Shown one piece after another: positions 9,975 to 20,150 of a stretch of 64,000 bases of DNA. How positions within the stretch are numbered: position 1 is the first letter of the stretch; each line of letters starts with the position of its first letter. A program made the position numbers and the translations under genes. This DNA is from an uncultured delta proteobacterium. GTDB lineage: Bacteria; Desulfobacterota; Desulfobacteria; Desulfobacterales; QNYZ01. Location: NCBI GenBank assembly GCA_963845145.1, contig CAWJQU010000004.1, positions 416,001 through 480,000 of the forward strand, written 5' to 3'. The notes beneath the pieces were generated by a model, which searched no databases, was not told where the DNA came from, and saw nothing but the letters and a program-made list of their open reading frames with translations.

Positions 9975-11009
9975 TTATTCTTCCGAAAAAGGCTGAAATA
10001 TACCCTTATTTGTCCAATCTCCCATTTGGGCTGCTTTATCTATATCGTCCATGGTATCGGGGGGGCCGATAAAGACAACCGTGTTTTTATGGTGTATCTC
10101 TTCTTCCGGGATATCGGTTTTTTCGATGGTCCAGTCTCCCATCACATAATTGAAGATGTACATGACATTATTTTCCTGGATAAACCCCTTGGCCCTCACA
10201 ACCGCGGTGGGGAGGGCATCAGCCATTTGTCGAACCTGTGCCAGGTCGTTTCCGGACCATTGATATGTCACCGAGACGAGCATATCCGGCGGTGTGATCT
10301 CAAGATCAGGATCATCGAGCATGTTATCGAGAAACGCTTCCAGTTCGTCGTCCGTTAATATGGGTTTTTCACTTATAGAAGATTGGGTATTGACCGATGG
10401 GGATGCGGTTGAGTCGGCAAAGCCAAAAAATTTGTCCAGGGGGATATCGGCATATGTGGTCTCGTAAAAAACAGGCGCGGAATGAAACTGGGCGATTATC
10501 TCTTTGGCTTCAGATATTTTTTCAGCAGAGGCCAGATCCGATTTGTTGATTATGAATACGCTGGAAGAAGCGATTTGCTTCTCGAGAGAGGCGTACACCT
10601 TGTAGGCGTCGATAAAATGGACGGCATCGATGATGCAAAACTGCTCCATAAATTGAAATCGGTCATCAAATATGGGTAACTGGAGGTCTTTTTTCAAATC
10701 CGAGGGATTCGCTACGCCGGTGGATTCGATGATCATGACGTCCGGCTTGACCGTTGTGTTTAATTCGTACAGGCCTTTGATGAAGTCGGTCTTGACGCAT
10801 ACACAAAATATGGACCCTTTGCTGATCTCCATCATGTCAATGTCGTCGCCTTCAACCAGCGTGCCGTCCACACCAACCTCGCCAAACTCATTGACAAGCA
10901 ATGTCAGCTTCTTGTCGGCAGGGAACTTTTTGATGATACGGTTTAAAAAAGTGGTTTTGCCGCTGCCTAGAAATCCGGTAATCAGGTAAACATTGGTTTT
11001 GTCAGACAT
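9975..11009 (-). CDS. CobW/COG0523 P-loop GTPase metallochaperone
   Basis: GFLGSGKTT, NEFG, SIFCVC, ESTG, NKSD and CobW-C domain. Confidence 0.9.
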   Translation of the reverse strand: MSDKTNVYLITGFLGSGKTTFLNRIIKKFPADKKLTLLVNEFGEVGVDGTLVEGDDIDMMEISKGSIFCVCVKTDFIKGLYELNTTVKPDVMIIESTGVANPSDLKKDLQLPIFDDRFQFMEQFCIIDAVHFIDAYKVYASLEKQIASSSVFIINKSDLASAEKISEAKEIIAQFHSAPVFYETTYADIPLDKFFGFADSTASPSVNTQSSISEKPILTDDELEAFLDNMLDDPDLEITPPDMLVSVTYQWSGNDLAQVRQMADALPTAVVRAKGFIQENNVMYIFNYVMGDWTIEKTDIPEEEIHHKNTVVFIGPPDTMDDIDKAAQMGDWTNKGIFQPFSEE

Positions 11010-11257
11010 CAGCGGATTTTCTCCTCGATTTTCAATTTGATCTCATCTGTGGAAAGCACCTTGCCAACCGAGACTACCTCCCCCTCGATCACCAAGCCTG
11101 GGGTTACGAAAACACCCATTTTGGTAAAGTAATTGATATCAGCGATTTTTTCGACATGAATGGCGGTCGGCGAATCAATCAACGAGACGGCTGCCAATGT
11201 ATTTTCATGAAGTTGATCGCAGCGTTTGCAGCCGGGACCTAGTACTTCTACTTTCAT
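11009..11257 (-). CDS. Small redox-active disulfide protein (MTH895/ArsE-like thioredoxin)
   Basis: MKVEVLGPGCKRC...GVFVTPGLVIEGEV; GGAGG RBS before ATG 11257. Confidence 0.88.
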   Translation of the reverse strand: MKVEVLGPGCKRCDQLHENTLAAVSLIDSPTAIHVEKIADINYFTKMGVFVTPGLVIEGEVVSVGKVLSTDEIKLKIEEKIR

Positions 11258-11523
11258 TTCGCCTCCTTGGTCTGAAAATGGATAGGCCTGGTGGGTGGAT
11301 GACACCTGAAGCGATCGCCGCTTAAGCCCAATAAAAGATGTCATCGAATGGGAAATATCGTCGGGATGCTCTAAGGGCTGAATTCGGTCGGTATTGCCAC
11401 AGTATGGGCCCAGGGTGCCGAAAAGGGCCCTATCGGTCTTTGGGAGACCATGATCTATGACGAATAATTTTAGCTGCTCAAGAATTTTGTCGCTACTCAA
11501 AGCGTTGCAGCCTTTGGATGTGA

Positions 11524-11550
11524 AACAGGGCCCTTAAAGGACCCTGTTTA
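11524..11550. terminator. Stem-loop, probable intrinsic terminator
   Basis: AAACAGGG...CCCTGTTT hairpin downstream of the 11567-11971 gene. Confidence 0.55.
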
Positions 11551-11566
11551 AGGTTATCGAGTGGTC

Positions 11567-11971
11567 TTATTTCTTAACAGTAGAGTCGGTGCGTGTAGAC
11601 ATACCCGCACCGGCCTTGGCCAGATTCTCCTGAATCTTGTCGAACTGGAAGCCAACTTCTCTGAGTGAAATAATCCGATCACGCATGGCATCTGTGGGTG
11701 CCCGTTTAGCCATTTCATCGATGAGTTCCTCGTACTGAGGAATGATACTGGGAAATACAATATCCTTTTCGATGCAAATGGACGGCAACACCTTCACGCC
11801 GAGTTCCAGAAATTTACCGATACCGTCTTTGTTTTTTATTGACCATTCGGTGTATTCAATCATCTCCTGGACATCATCGGGCAGGGCCGCAATGGACTCC
11901 ATCATATATCCACAGGCAGCGCATTGAACGCTATCCAGCGTTACGACATCAATGGTTATTTTGTCTGCCAT
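11567..11971 (-). CDS. Thioredoxin-fold protein (CAAC), cognate partner of the adjacent MT2
   Basis: TLDSVQCAACGYM...VLPSICI; directly follows the Sec-MT2. Confidence 0.8.
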   Translation of the reverse strand: MADKITIDVVTLDSVQCAACGYMMESIAALPDDVQEMIEYTEWSIKNKDGIGKFLELGVKVLPSICIEKDIVFPSIIPQYEELIDEMAKRAPTDAMRDRIISLREVGFQFDKIQENLAKAGAGMSTRTDSTVKK

Positions 11972-11994
11972 AATCCGCTCCTTTCAAGTAGTCT

Positions 11995-13029
11995 CTACCA
12001 AGATTCTGGATACTTGGAGTAGTATTGATAATACCAATCACGTGCTTCGATTGCTTGGTCCATATGTTCCACCGGAACATCGTAAGGCATATCTCAGCCA
12101 GGTGCGAAGGTAAAACCATGTTGGCCTCCGGCGGCGAGACTCACAATCGCGTCTTCACGGGGTGAAAGCAAGCCGAGGCTCAAGGCCAGGGTCAACTTCA
12201 AATTCCCGCCAAAACCTTTACCGTACTTGCGGGCCAAGTCGCGGATAAAATTCATGTTCATCTGCTCGTCAATGGCAAAGCCATCGGTGCCCACCTGACA
12301 GACTTCTTCCATAACCTTGGTGGCATCACCGCAGATAAAGAAGGAAGATGTATAGCCGGCATCCTTGATGATCTTGTTTGCGGCCTGGCTATTCGGTGTC
12401 ACATACTCGCGAAATGTTTCCGGCCGGATCTGTGAGGCGACCGGGTCGACGTTGGCGATAATTTCGCAGCCCATTTCAGCATAGAGTTCAGCTGATCTGG
12501 CCCCGATTTCACCGGCAAATTTACATACTTCCGCAGCGAAATCCGGGTTTTTATAAACATCTGTAAAAATCCGTACGCCGGCAAGATGGGAAGCCAGTGT
12601 CAGTGGACCGCAAAAAAGCCCCATCAGTACACAATCCAGCTCATCTAACTGAGGTTTGGCTATTCTGGCGGCTTCAAAAAGGACAGGCCAGCGGCCATCA
12701 TCTTTAGATGGAATTTTGAGGCCGGCTTCGGCCGGGGTTTTATCCGAACACGGATGGGTTTTAACGGAAGGAACATTATCTTCCCACCATTTGAGTTCAC
12801 AACCCACCGCATGTGCTTCTACGGAAAGGTCAAAAACCAGGGGAATGCCGTCTGCTTTATATCTTTTAGCTGTTTCAACGACACCTTTGGCCAGCAATTC
12901 AGGATCTTGGAGCATCTTGTCAGCCGGCTCATTGATCATAAAGGCGCAATGAACGCCTGCATAGGGAACCCAGGGTGGAATGTCGGTCATTTTCCCCCGG
13001 TATGCATCAATCAATCTCTGTTTGGCCAT
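11995..13029 (-). CDS. MtaA/CmuA (UroD-fold) corrinoid methyltransferase, selenocysteine-containing
   Basis: FAPG-TGA(12096-12094)-DMPYDVP aligns with PGCDL of the paralogs; read-through adds 32 aa to TAG 11997-11995; SECIS-like hairpin ATGTTCC-GGT-GGAACAT. Confidence 0.88.
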
Positions 13030-13259
13030 GTGTTGTCTCCTTTTTCGTTTTTTGTTGCGTTAACGCTTGCTTCTACCTTAACAGTGGACAAACGCCTTTA
13101 CCATTCACCTCCTTCCAATGGATTCATATCCCTCTCCGACAAAAAGATCTGTACGTGTGGTCTATGTATTACGCTACTTGAACAACTTGGGACTTCAAGC
13201 TAAGGCAGTCGCAATGCCGCCTTAGTTTCTGTTTCGATAGCCAGGTTACCGTGTGTGTA

Positions 13260-13856
13260 TCACTCCAACAGGATGATACCATAGTAGTTGAATGTTTCAG
13301 CCGTGTTGGTGGCTACTGTGGATCCGGTCCCCAGTTTTTTCAGTGTTCCGATCACATCAATGGAAAATGATTCTACCGATGGTCTTTTTTCCTGGGGAAA
13401 ACGGCAAGCCTCAGGGTATGCGCATTCCTTGCAGAGCGCACAACATTCGCCAACCAGGCTGAAAGCCTTATAATAACCTTCCAGAAAAAGCATTCTTTCC
13501 AGGCTAATGGTTCCCTTCCAGCCCTTTACCTGGTTGGTTCTTTTACGATTGTTGTCAAGATAAAAATCAGAACAGTTGCTAGTCCCCACCAGCAGCAACG
13601 CCAAAGAATACTCGCTAAGGATTGATTGTGCCTTTTTAGTATCCGGCGTGGCCGGGGGACAGGTCCAGTTGGTATTGTATTTATTACAGCCATAACGACA
13701 TTTAATTTGCACCCATTCCGCAGTGACAAGCTTGTCGGTGCTAAATGGGAGAATGGCGTTTAATCCGAATTGTTTCCCTTTTTCGAGAAGGCGTTTGGTT
13801 AATGCATAAGATATACCTTCATTGGTTTTAAAGGCAACGATTTTTCTATTCTTCAT
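13260..13856 (-). CDS. DUF2284 Cys-rich metal-binding protein
   Basis: KCRYGC...WTCPP...CALCKEC...RPSVE...IDV; start ATG 13856. Confidence 0.85.
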   Translation of the reverse strand: MKNRKIVAFKTNEGISYALTKRLLEKGKQFGLNAILPFSTDKLVTAEWVQIKCRYGCNKYNTNWTCPPATPDTKKAQSILSEYSLALLLVGTSNCSDFYLDNNRKRTNQVKGWKGTISLERMLFLEGYYKAFSLVGECCALCKECAYPEACRFPQEKRPSVESFSIDVIGTLKKLGTGSTVATNTAETFNYYGIILLE

Positions 13857-14220
13857 CGGTATCGTTTCCGCTAAAGGGGGTAAACCGGATGCAAACATCT
13901 TTGGGCAGCGCCATTTCCATAGCCACTTCGGCTGCTTTAAGAATGGCAGAAGGTATGACGCAGGAAGAATGACAACCTGATTTTTCAGCGTTCCGATAAA
14001 CAGGGTTTTTGGTCATTGGCATAAAAAGTTCCTGCATTGAAATAGTGGGAATACCTTCGGCCATCTGTTTAATCATCTCGCATTGAGATTCGGTTATTTC
14101 AATTGAAATTGTCCGACGCTCCAGTTGCCGGGCCGTAATGACACAATTAAAACCGCAAATTCCCGGGTCAACAACGACACTGGTTCTTATGGGCGAAGTG
14201 TCGGACAAGTTAGGTTTCAT
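13846..14220 (-). CDS. Conserved hypothetical protein (DUF6951-like)
   Basis: VDPGICGF, SQC, CHSSCVIP...ALPKDV pattern. Confidence 0.65.
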   Translation of the reverse strand: MKPNLSDTSPIRTSVVVDPGICGFNCVITARQLERRTISIEITESQCEMIKQMAEGIPTISMQELFMPMTKNPVYRNAEKSGCHSSCVIPSAILKAAEVAMEMALPKDVCIRFTPFSGNDTDEE

Positions 14221-14236
14221 TCAGTTTTGTTCACAA

Positions 14237-16303
14237 TTACTGGTCCAGAACATCATCGGGCACAATGCCCCTTAAGTGTGGAAAGTCATCGGTCATGTGC
14301 GGCATCTGCATGGCTTCCATAAATTCCTTCTGGAAGGTCTCTTCAACCGTTAACTCGATATACTCCACGTTACGGGAGCACCAGTTGGCTTCGACCCGTT
14401 TTTTTACATTCAACAGTGCGGCCCGGCATCCATCTCCGGCTGCATTGCCGACACCTTTAATCTTTTCGATATCGCAATCCGGAAAGAGGCCCATCGTTAA
14501 TGCTTTGGTGCGGTCCACGTGGGTGCCGAAGGCCCCTGCAATTTTAACCGTATCCACCTTGTCGAGTCCCATCCGCTGGACCATGAGTTTACACCCGGCG
14601 TAGAGCGCCCCTTTGGCCAGCTGAATCTGACGAACATCTTTCTGGGTGATGACGATGTCCTTATCGATACTTGACTCTTCCGCCCAGGCGAGAATGAATT
14701 CAGGTTGTTTGTTATCCGGATTAATACGGAATCGAGGATGGTCTTTCAGCCCTTTTTTATCGAACACACCGCTTTTGGTGATGACTCCGGCGGTGTAAAG
14801 CTCCGCCAACACATCCAGAATACCCGAACCACAGATTCCTTTGGCTTTCATGTCCTTGGGTTCCGAAAATTTTCGCCAGGCATCCCGGCCGATGACCTTG
14901 TAATTGACTTCCTTGGTCTCCGGATCGATTTCGATGCGTTCGATGGCGCCCGGCGCCGCGCGCATACCAAAAGCAAGCTGGGCACCCTCAAGGGCTGGTC
15001 CCGTGGCACACGAAGAGGATATGAGTTTATGCCGGTTTCCGAGAACCAGTTCGCCGTTGGTCCCGATGTCGATAATGAGCTGATTCTCATCATGTTTGTA
15101 AGGTTCTTCGGCCAGCAGTACGCCGACATTGTCGGCCCCTACGAACCCGGCCTCATTGGGAAGTACAAACAGGTAAGAAGACGGGTTGATCTTTACACCG
15201 AGGTCTCTGGCCTTTATGTCCATGCTATGGTGAATCACCGGCGGAAAAGGCGCCAAACCAACAAACTCAGGATTCAGGCCAAGCAAAATATGATGCATGG
15301 CTGTATTAAAGCCTATGGTGATGTCCTCGACGTCATCATGGGTCAATCGCAAGTAGGTCTTGCCTTCTTCTGGAACTTCTTTGTATTCAACCGGCCCCTC
15401 TTCGCCTTTTTTCTTCTTTATTTTCTTTTTCGGGGGATGCGTTGCGGCGATGGCTTTGTCGATGAGGTCGTTCAACCCCTCGATGATGTCGTCGCTCATA
15501 CGTTGAAGACCATCCGGGGTTGTCATGTGAAAGGTAATCCGCGCCATGACATCTTCGCCGTATTTACATTGCGGGTTCATCATGGATACCGTATCGATCA
15601 CCTCCATGGTGCCAAGGTCACAAAAATATCCGGCCACTGTGGTTGTGCCCACATCAATGGCCATGCCGTAGACATGCTCTACCTTGCCGGGACGAATACG
15701 GATGATTTCCTTTTCATTCCACACGCTGACCGTCACGCTCCATTTGCCGTCACGCAGGGCCGTGGGCAATGTGCGCAGGGTTATTATATCGATCGTCAGG
15801 TCTTCGAGGCCGTATTCACGCTCCAAAGCACGGCAAATTCTCTCAAAATCACCGGTGGGCTCTTCAAATGTTGGGGGGGCAACCTGCACATAGAATGATT
15901 TTACGGCCGGATTATGGTCGATATGGATATCGCGGGCAGCTTTGCTGACCACTTGTTTTCCGGCACGTGATTCCTCTGGGACAAAAACCAGAACGTCGCC
16001 TTTGACCTCGGTGACGCAGCCCAGCCGAAAGCCCTTTTCGCGTCGTTCCGCATTGATGAACTTTTCTTCCTCCTCCAGCCAAGCACTGACATTGTCCTTG
16101 CTAGAGGTGATGCCATATTTTTCAAAGTGGCCTTCTTCGATCCGCACGATGCATTTGCCACATACTTTTTTTTCACCGCACAAGGCCTCAATATCAACGC
16201 CCAACAGACGAGAGGCCTCAATAAGATTGGTTCCTATGGGTACTTCCCCCCTCCGACCGGAAGGTTGAAAAATTACCATCGCCATATCATCAGACATTCG
16301 CAT
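14237..16303 (-). CDS. ATP-dependent reductive activator of corrinoid enzymes (RACE/RamA-like, ASKHA, N-terminal 2Fe-2S)
   Basis: CGEKKVCGKC, IDVGTTT, IDIGTNGE, CATGPALEG, GICGSG, AGAFG, GNAAG. Confidence 0.93.
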   Translation of the reverse strand: MRMSDDMAMVIFQPSGRRGEVPIGTNLIEASRLLGVDIEALCGEKKVCGKCIVRIEEGHFEKYGITSSKDNVSAWLEEEEKFINAERREKGFRLGCVTEVKGDVLVFVPEESRAGKQVVSKAARDIHIDHNPAVKSFYVQVAPPTFEEPTGDFERICRALEREYGLEDLTIDIITLRTLPTALRDGKWSVTVSVWNEKEIIRIRPGKVEHVYGMAIDVGTTTVAGYFCDLGTMEVIDTVSMMNPQCKYGEDVMARITFHMTTPDGLQRMSDDIIEGLNDLIDKAIAATHPPKKKIKKKKGEEGPVEYKEVPEEGKTYLRLTHDDVEDITIGFNTAMHHILLGLNPEFVGLAPFPPVIHHSMDIKARDLGVKINPSSYLFVLPNEAGFVGADNVGVLLAEEPYKHDENQLIIDIGTNGELVLGNRHKLISSSCATGPALEGAQLAFGMRAAPGAIERIEIDPETKEVNYKVIGRDAWRKFSEPKDMKAKGICGSGILDVLAELYTAGVITKSGVFDKKGLKDHPRFRINPDNKQPEFILAWAEESSIDKDIVITQKDVRQIQLAKGALYAGCKLMVQRMGLDKVDTVKIAGAFGTHVDRTKALTMGLFPDCDIEKIKGVGNAAGDGCRAALLNVKKRVEANWCSRNVEYIELTVEETFQKEFMEAMQMPHMTDDFPHLRGIVPDDVLDQ

Positions 16304-16477
16304 TACTCCTTATCTATAAGAACGAGAACTCAAAACCTAAGTGTAGCGGTTGGCTTTTTCCGCCTTAGATTCCGGTTTCGGTGCGTGATTTAATACAACA
16401 AACGGAGGAAACCCGCCAAGCGAAACCGATTGCACTCAGTCATGCGGGTTTCCATTTCTCACAATTAATAACCGGCC

Positions 16478-17141
16478 TTATTTATTCCGCATCTCGCGTA
16501 GCCGGCCGATCATTTTAATTCCTTCGGAAACGGCATTACCAGCGGATTCGGCATAACCGTCAGCGCCGAACAGGTTGGCCACGTCCTTGGTGACCGGGGC
16601 ACCTCCCAGCATGATCGCTACGTTGGGGTTTTTCTCTTTGATCATGGCGATAACTTTTTTCATCCCCAGCATGGTGGTGGTCATCATGGCCGACATGGCA
16701 ACCACTTCGGAGTCCGTGCGCATCTGCTCTTCAACAAAGTTTTCCAAAGGCACATCGCGGCCCAGGTCATGGACATCCCACCCGGCAACGTCGAACATCA
16801 TTTTGACCAGGTTTTTACCGATGTCATGAACATCGCCCTGGATACTGCCGATAACTACCTGGGCATTGAGGCCCTCTGTTTGAGGGGGCACATGGGGCCG
16901 CAGAATGGCAAGCCCGGCGTACAGCGCATCGGCGCACATCAACACTTCGGGAACAAAATATTCGTTGTTGTCATACAAGTCGCCGACGATTTCCATGCCG
17001 GCGGCAAGACCATCCATGATCATTTCGAGGGGATCCTGGCCGTCATCCAGTGCATCCTGGTGCCCAGCATTTTACGTCATCTTCCTGATAATCAACAACG
17101 CCTTGTTTCAAACTTTCTAACATTTCTTCTTTTGTCGCCAT
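16478..17141 (-). CDS. Corrinoid (B12-binding) methyltransferase protein; one apparent extra base near 17060
   Basis: GDVHDIGKNLV, SAMMTTT, LGGAPVT; removing one G joins ATG 17141 (GGAG RBS) to give ~220 aa. Confidence 0.88.
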
Positions 17142-17209
17142 TTGTTTATCTCCTTAATTTTAATTTGATGGTTAGGTTAAAATCAGCATGGGTCTTAATT
17201 GCCATCCAT

Positions 17210-18264
17210 CTAAAGTCTTCCCACCGCCGGGACTCGCCTTTTTGCCATACTCATGGGTCGTGTCCACACAGGCTTTCAAATTCTCCTCGATGATATCCGG
17301 CCACAAGTCACACCCCGGCATCACGGCATCGACACCGCCGTCGATCATATCTTTGATATGGTCAATGGCTTCCTGCTTGGGCGTTTTGGGATCGCAGGTC
17401 ATTTTATAGGTGTCCAGGTTGCCCATGAACAGCACGTCGGGGCCCAGTATCTCGCGACCCTTGCGTACGTCGCATTTGATATCCACGGTCAGTCCGTCGG
17501 CGCCGCATTCGATTCATCATTTCCAGCAACGGTTCGGTCTTGCCGCAGATGTGCAGCAGTTTAGGTGATTCCCATGCTGCCAGGATTCGGGTCAGCCGCG
17601 GTTGAATAAACTCTTTGAAGGTTCGCGGGCTCAAGAGGTCAGCCGCCACACCGGGCTCGCGCAGGGTGATATAATCGCATCCGGCAGCCTGCAAGTATTT
17701 ACCGATCTTGATGATCATATCGGTCAGGTCGTCAAGAACCTTCCCCACTTTTTCTTTTTGTTTGAACACGCCCTTTAGCATAATATCGAGCTCCAACATT
17801 TGTCCGGCCTGGGTAAACGGTCCCAGCTGCCAGCAACCGATGGGCAGATCAGGTGCTTCTTTTTTGATGATTTTTATGGCTTCGGGTAGCATCGCCAATC
17901 GTCCCAGTTCAGTGATATTGTCAGGAATGACGACCTCGTCCAGAGTTGCCCATATTTTATTGGGGATCGTGGGATAGAGGATATCTTCGGAATCTTCATA
18001 CAAGCTGATGGTATTGCCAATGGCCTCGGATTCCATGGTCATGTCATAGGGGATGACAACACAATCAAAATTCATCGCTTTGGCCGACCACAGGGCTGAC
18101 ATGGCCATACGTTCGGCATCCGTATGGACGGTAGCAAATTTCACTCCGGCTTTTTCGATACCCGGCATGACCACCATTCCCATACCACTGAAAAAGGGCA
18201 TGGTGTCGATGGGTTCCTTGCGAAACAGGCGCAAAACGCGTTCTTTAGGTGTAAGCTCTGCCAT
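17210..18264 (-). CDS. MtaA/CmuA (UroD-fold) methyltransferase; apparent extra bases at 17511 and ~17230
   Basis: LHICG and PGCDLW Zn motifs split over two frames; colinear with the intact paralog 36257-37312 after removing two Gs. Confidence 0.85.
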
Positions 18265-18329
18265 AATGTTCAGCTCCTTTTTTTTAATAATTATTGATCA
18301 TTCGTTTATTTAAAATTCAGGTCTGTAAA

Positions 18330-19283
18330 TTACATCATCGTCTTGAGCTGCTCGACAAAATCCGGGAACAGTTTAAAAAGAGGATGATTGGGGTCTTTGG
18401 GCAGTTGCTTGGTCTCGGCAAATGCGGCCGTTGCCAGAAATGCCTCGGCTTCGGCGACCGCCGGTAATATCCGGGTGGCACCGGCCATGGGGCCGGAAAA
18501 AATCATGTCATGGTAAAAGAAAGCCGAAAGCCCTTCCAAGGCGGCATCGGTGGAAGACCAGCCCTTGAAATCCCACATATCCCTAAATCGTTTCAAATCC
18601 ATATATGAGCCGTTGCTCGGGGCGCTGGCGGTGGGAAATCCCCATTTTTCTTTGATCATCCGGTTGGCCACACCACAAAAAGCCGTGGCCGGGCCATTCA
18701 TTACCGAGGAATCCACGAAAATGCTTTCGAATTCGGCGCCTACCTTTTCGATGGCATCCAGCAGCTTTTGGGTGCCGGTGATCCGTCCGCTGGGCATCTG
18801 GTCTTCCTGATCGAAGGCCACCAACAGTACGTGCTTGACGCCCATGTCGGCAATCTCTTTGATCTCGGTCTCCAGGTCCTGTTCCCATATGGTCAGGCTG
18901 TTATAAAACATGCGATCCATCAGGCCTTTTTCGGCACAATAGGCCGCACCCGCCAGTTTGGGTTTCATCACCCAGGCATCGATGCAAAACGGCATGTCGC
19001 TTTTTTCCGCCACGAAATCGATATAGGTCTCAAATTCTTTACCCGTGTTGGCCACAATGTCCGCCATTCCGGGTACACCAGTTTGCTCAGTTAGCTTTTC
19101 CTGGGCTTTGAGAAGGCCCTCGGCGCGTTTTTCGTCAAAGCCCTCTTTGCGTTTGCCGGTAAAGACCTTGTCGCCTTTCTGGAAAATTGAACTCACACAA
19201 ACACATGGATATTCACCCGGTTGGCCGCCGAATTTAACCCCACCCACCTCACACACTTTCTGTTCGGTACCTAATTGAAACAT
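18330..19283 (-). CDS. mtrH: MtrH-like methylcorrinoid:tetrahydrofolate methyltransferase (MtgA/CmuB type)
   Basis: FGGQPGEYP...SIF...ID...YNS...SAPSN signatures of the MtrH family; no other mtr subunits nearby. Confidence 0.85.
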   Translation of the reverse strand: MFQLGTEQKVCEVGGVKFGGQPGEYPCVCVSSIFQKGDKVFTGKRKEGFDEKRAEGLLKAQEKLTEQTGVPGMADIVANTGKEFETYIDFVAEKSDMPFCIDAWVMKPKLAGAAYCAEKGLMDRMFYNSLTIWEQDLETEIKEIADMGVKHVLLVAFDQEDQMPSGRITGTQKLLDAIEKVGAEFESIFVDSSVMNGPATAFCGVANRMIKEKWGFPTASAPSNGSYMDLKRFRDMWDFKGWSSTDAALEGLSAFFYHDMIFSGPMAGATRILPAVAEAEAFLATAAFAETKQLPKDPNHPLFKLFPDFVEQLKTMM

Positions 19284-19377
19284 TCCGACCTCCTCTAAAA
19301 TATAGTATTGGTTTGAATTCCAGGACAGGCAAAAAGGAAAATAGAATTGTTAGATACGCGAAACCAACCTTTTTGGG

Positions 19378-19400
19378 AATCGTCCAAAGGTTGATTTTTT
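19378..19400. promoter_or_regulatory. Conserved operator AATCGTCCAAAGGTTGATTTTTT upstream of the mtrH operon
   Basis: Identical 23-mer at 27183-27205; related palindrome at 36098-36114. Confidence 0.65.
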
Positions 19401-19484
19401 TGTCATGGATAGATGATTTTGAGGTTGACCAATATATAACCAGAAAAGGTTGTTCATCCCCGGTATGTCGCCAACAGAAAAGGT

Positions 19485-20150
19485 TTAGAGTTCGGGGTCG
19501 ACCAATCCCAGTTTAATGGCGAGATGGATGAGCTTGAGGGGAGAATCGATCTTTAGTTTTTCCATAATTTTGGCGCGGTGTGACTTAATCGTGCTGATGC
19601 TGACGCAGAGAATTTCGGCAATCTGGCGGGTTGAATGCCCTTCGGCAATGAGCTGAAAAACTTCGCGTTCCCGGTTGGAGAGCTTTTTGTATCGTTCCGC
19701 CGTCGAAGACCCTTTTTTGGGGGAGAGGTAGCTGTCCACAAGCACTTTTGATATGGAGGGGCTTAAATAGGTTTCATCTTTCATGGCCGCATGGATGGCG
19801 TTGATGATATCACGGCCGCTTGAATCTTTGAGAAGATATCCCGATACACCGGTTTCAAGCAGCTCTTGAATGTAATGTTCGTGGGAATACATGGAGAGAA
19901 TCAAAATTTTAGTTTTGGGCAGATGTTTACTGATCCTTTTTGCAGCCTCAATGCCGTTCATTCGAGGCATGGCGATATCCATGATCACAACATCGGGTTT
20001 CAGCTCTTTTGCCAGATCCACGGCTCTGCGTCCGTTGGTGGCCTGTCCGATAACTTTCAGGTCGGCTTGTTCTTCCAATAGCCGCGACAACCCCTGGCGC
20101 ACGATGGTGTGGTCATCCGCCACTAGAATTCTGATCAAATCAGTCGGCAT
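19485..20150 (-). CDS. NarL/LuxR-family response regulator
   Basis: ILVADDH...MDIAMP...LSNREREVFQLIAEG; ATG 20150 overlaps the kinase stop. Confidence 0.93.
   Translation of the reverse strand: MPTDLIRILVADDHTIVRQGLSRLLEEQADLKVIGQATNGRRAVDLAKELKPDVVIMDIAMPRMNGIEAAKRISKHLPKTKILILSMYSHEHYIQELLETGVSGYLLKDSSGRDIINAIHAAMKDETYLSPSISKVLVDSYLSPKKGSSTAERYKKLSNREREVFQLIAEGHSTRQIAEILCVSISTIKSHRAKIMEKLKIDSPLKLIHLAIKLGLVDPEL

Noticed and set aside
14705..15898. 397-aa plus-strand ORF and other long antisense ORFs (e.g. 43955-44653)
   Set aside because: Shadow frames of well-supported genes on the opposite strand, with no recognisable motifs
17042..17047. TGA in the first frame of the corrinoid gene as a Sec codon
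   Set aside because: It lies after a frameshift; the homologous sequence continues in another frame and no Cys is expected there
16478..17141. hgcA mercury methylase
   Set aside because: DxHxxG MetH-type B12 domain, no NVWCAAGK motif, no TM domain and no hgcB
18330..19283. Methanogen Mtr complex or archaeal origin
   Set aside because: Only an MtrH-like gene is present, with no mtrA-G; the surrounding genes are bacterial
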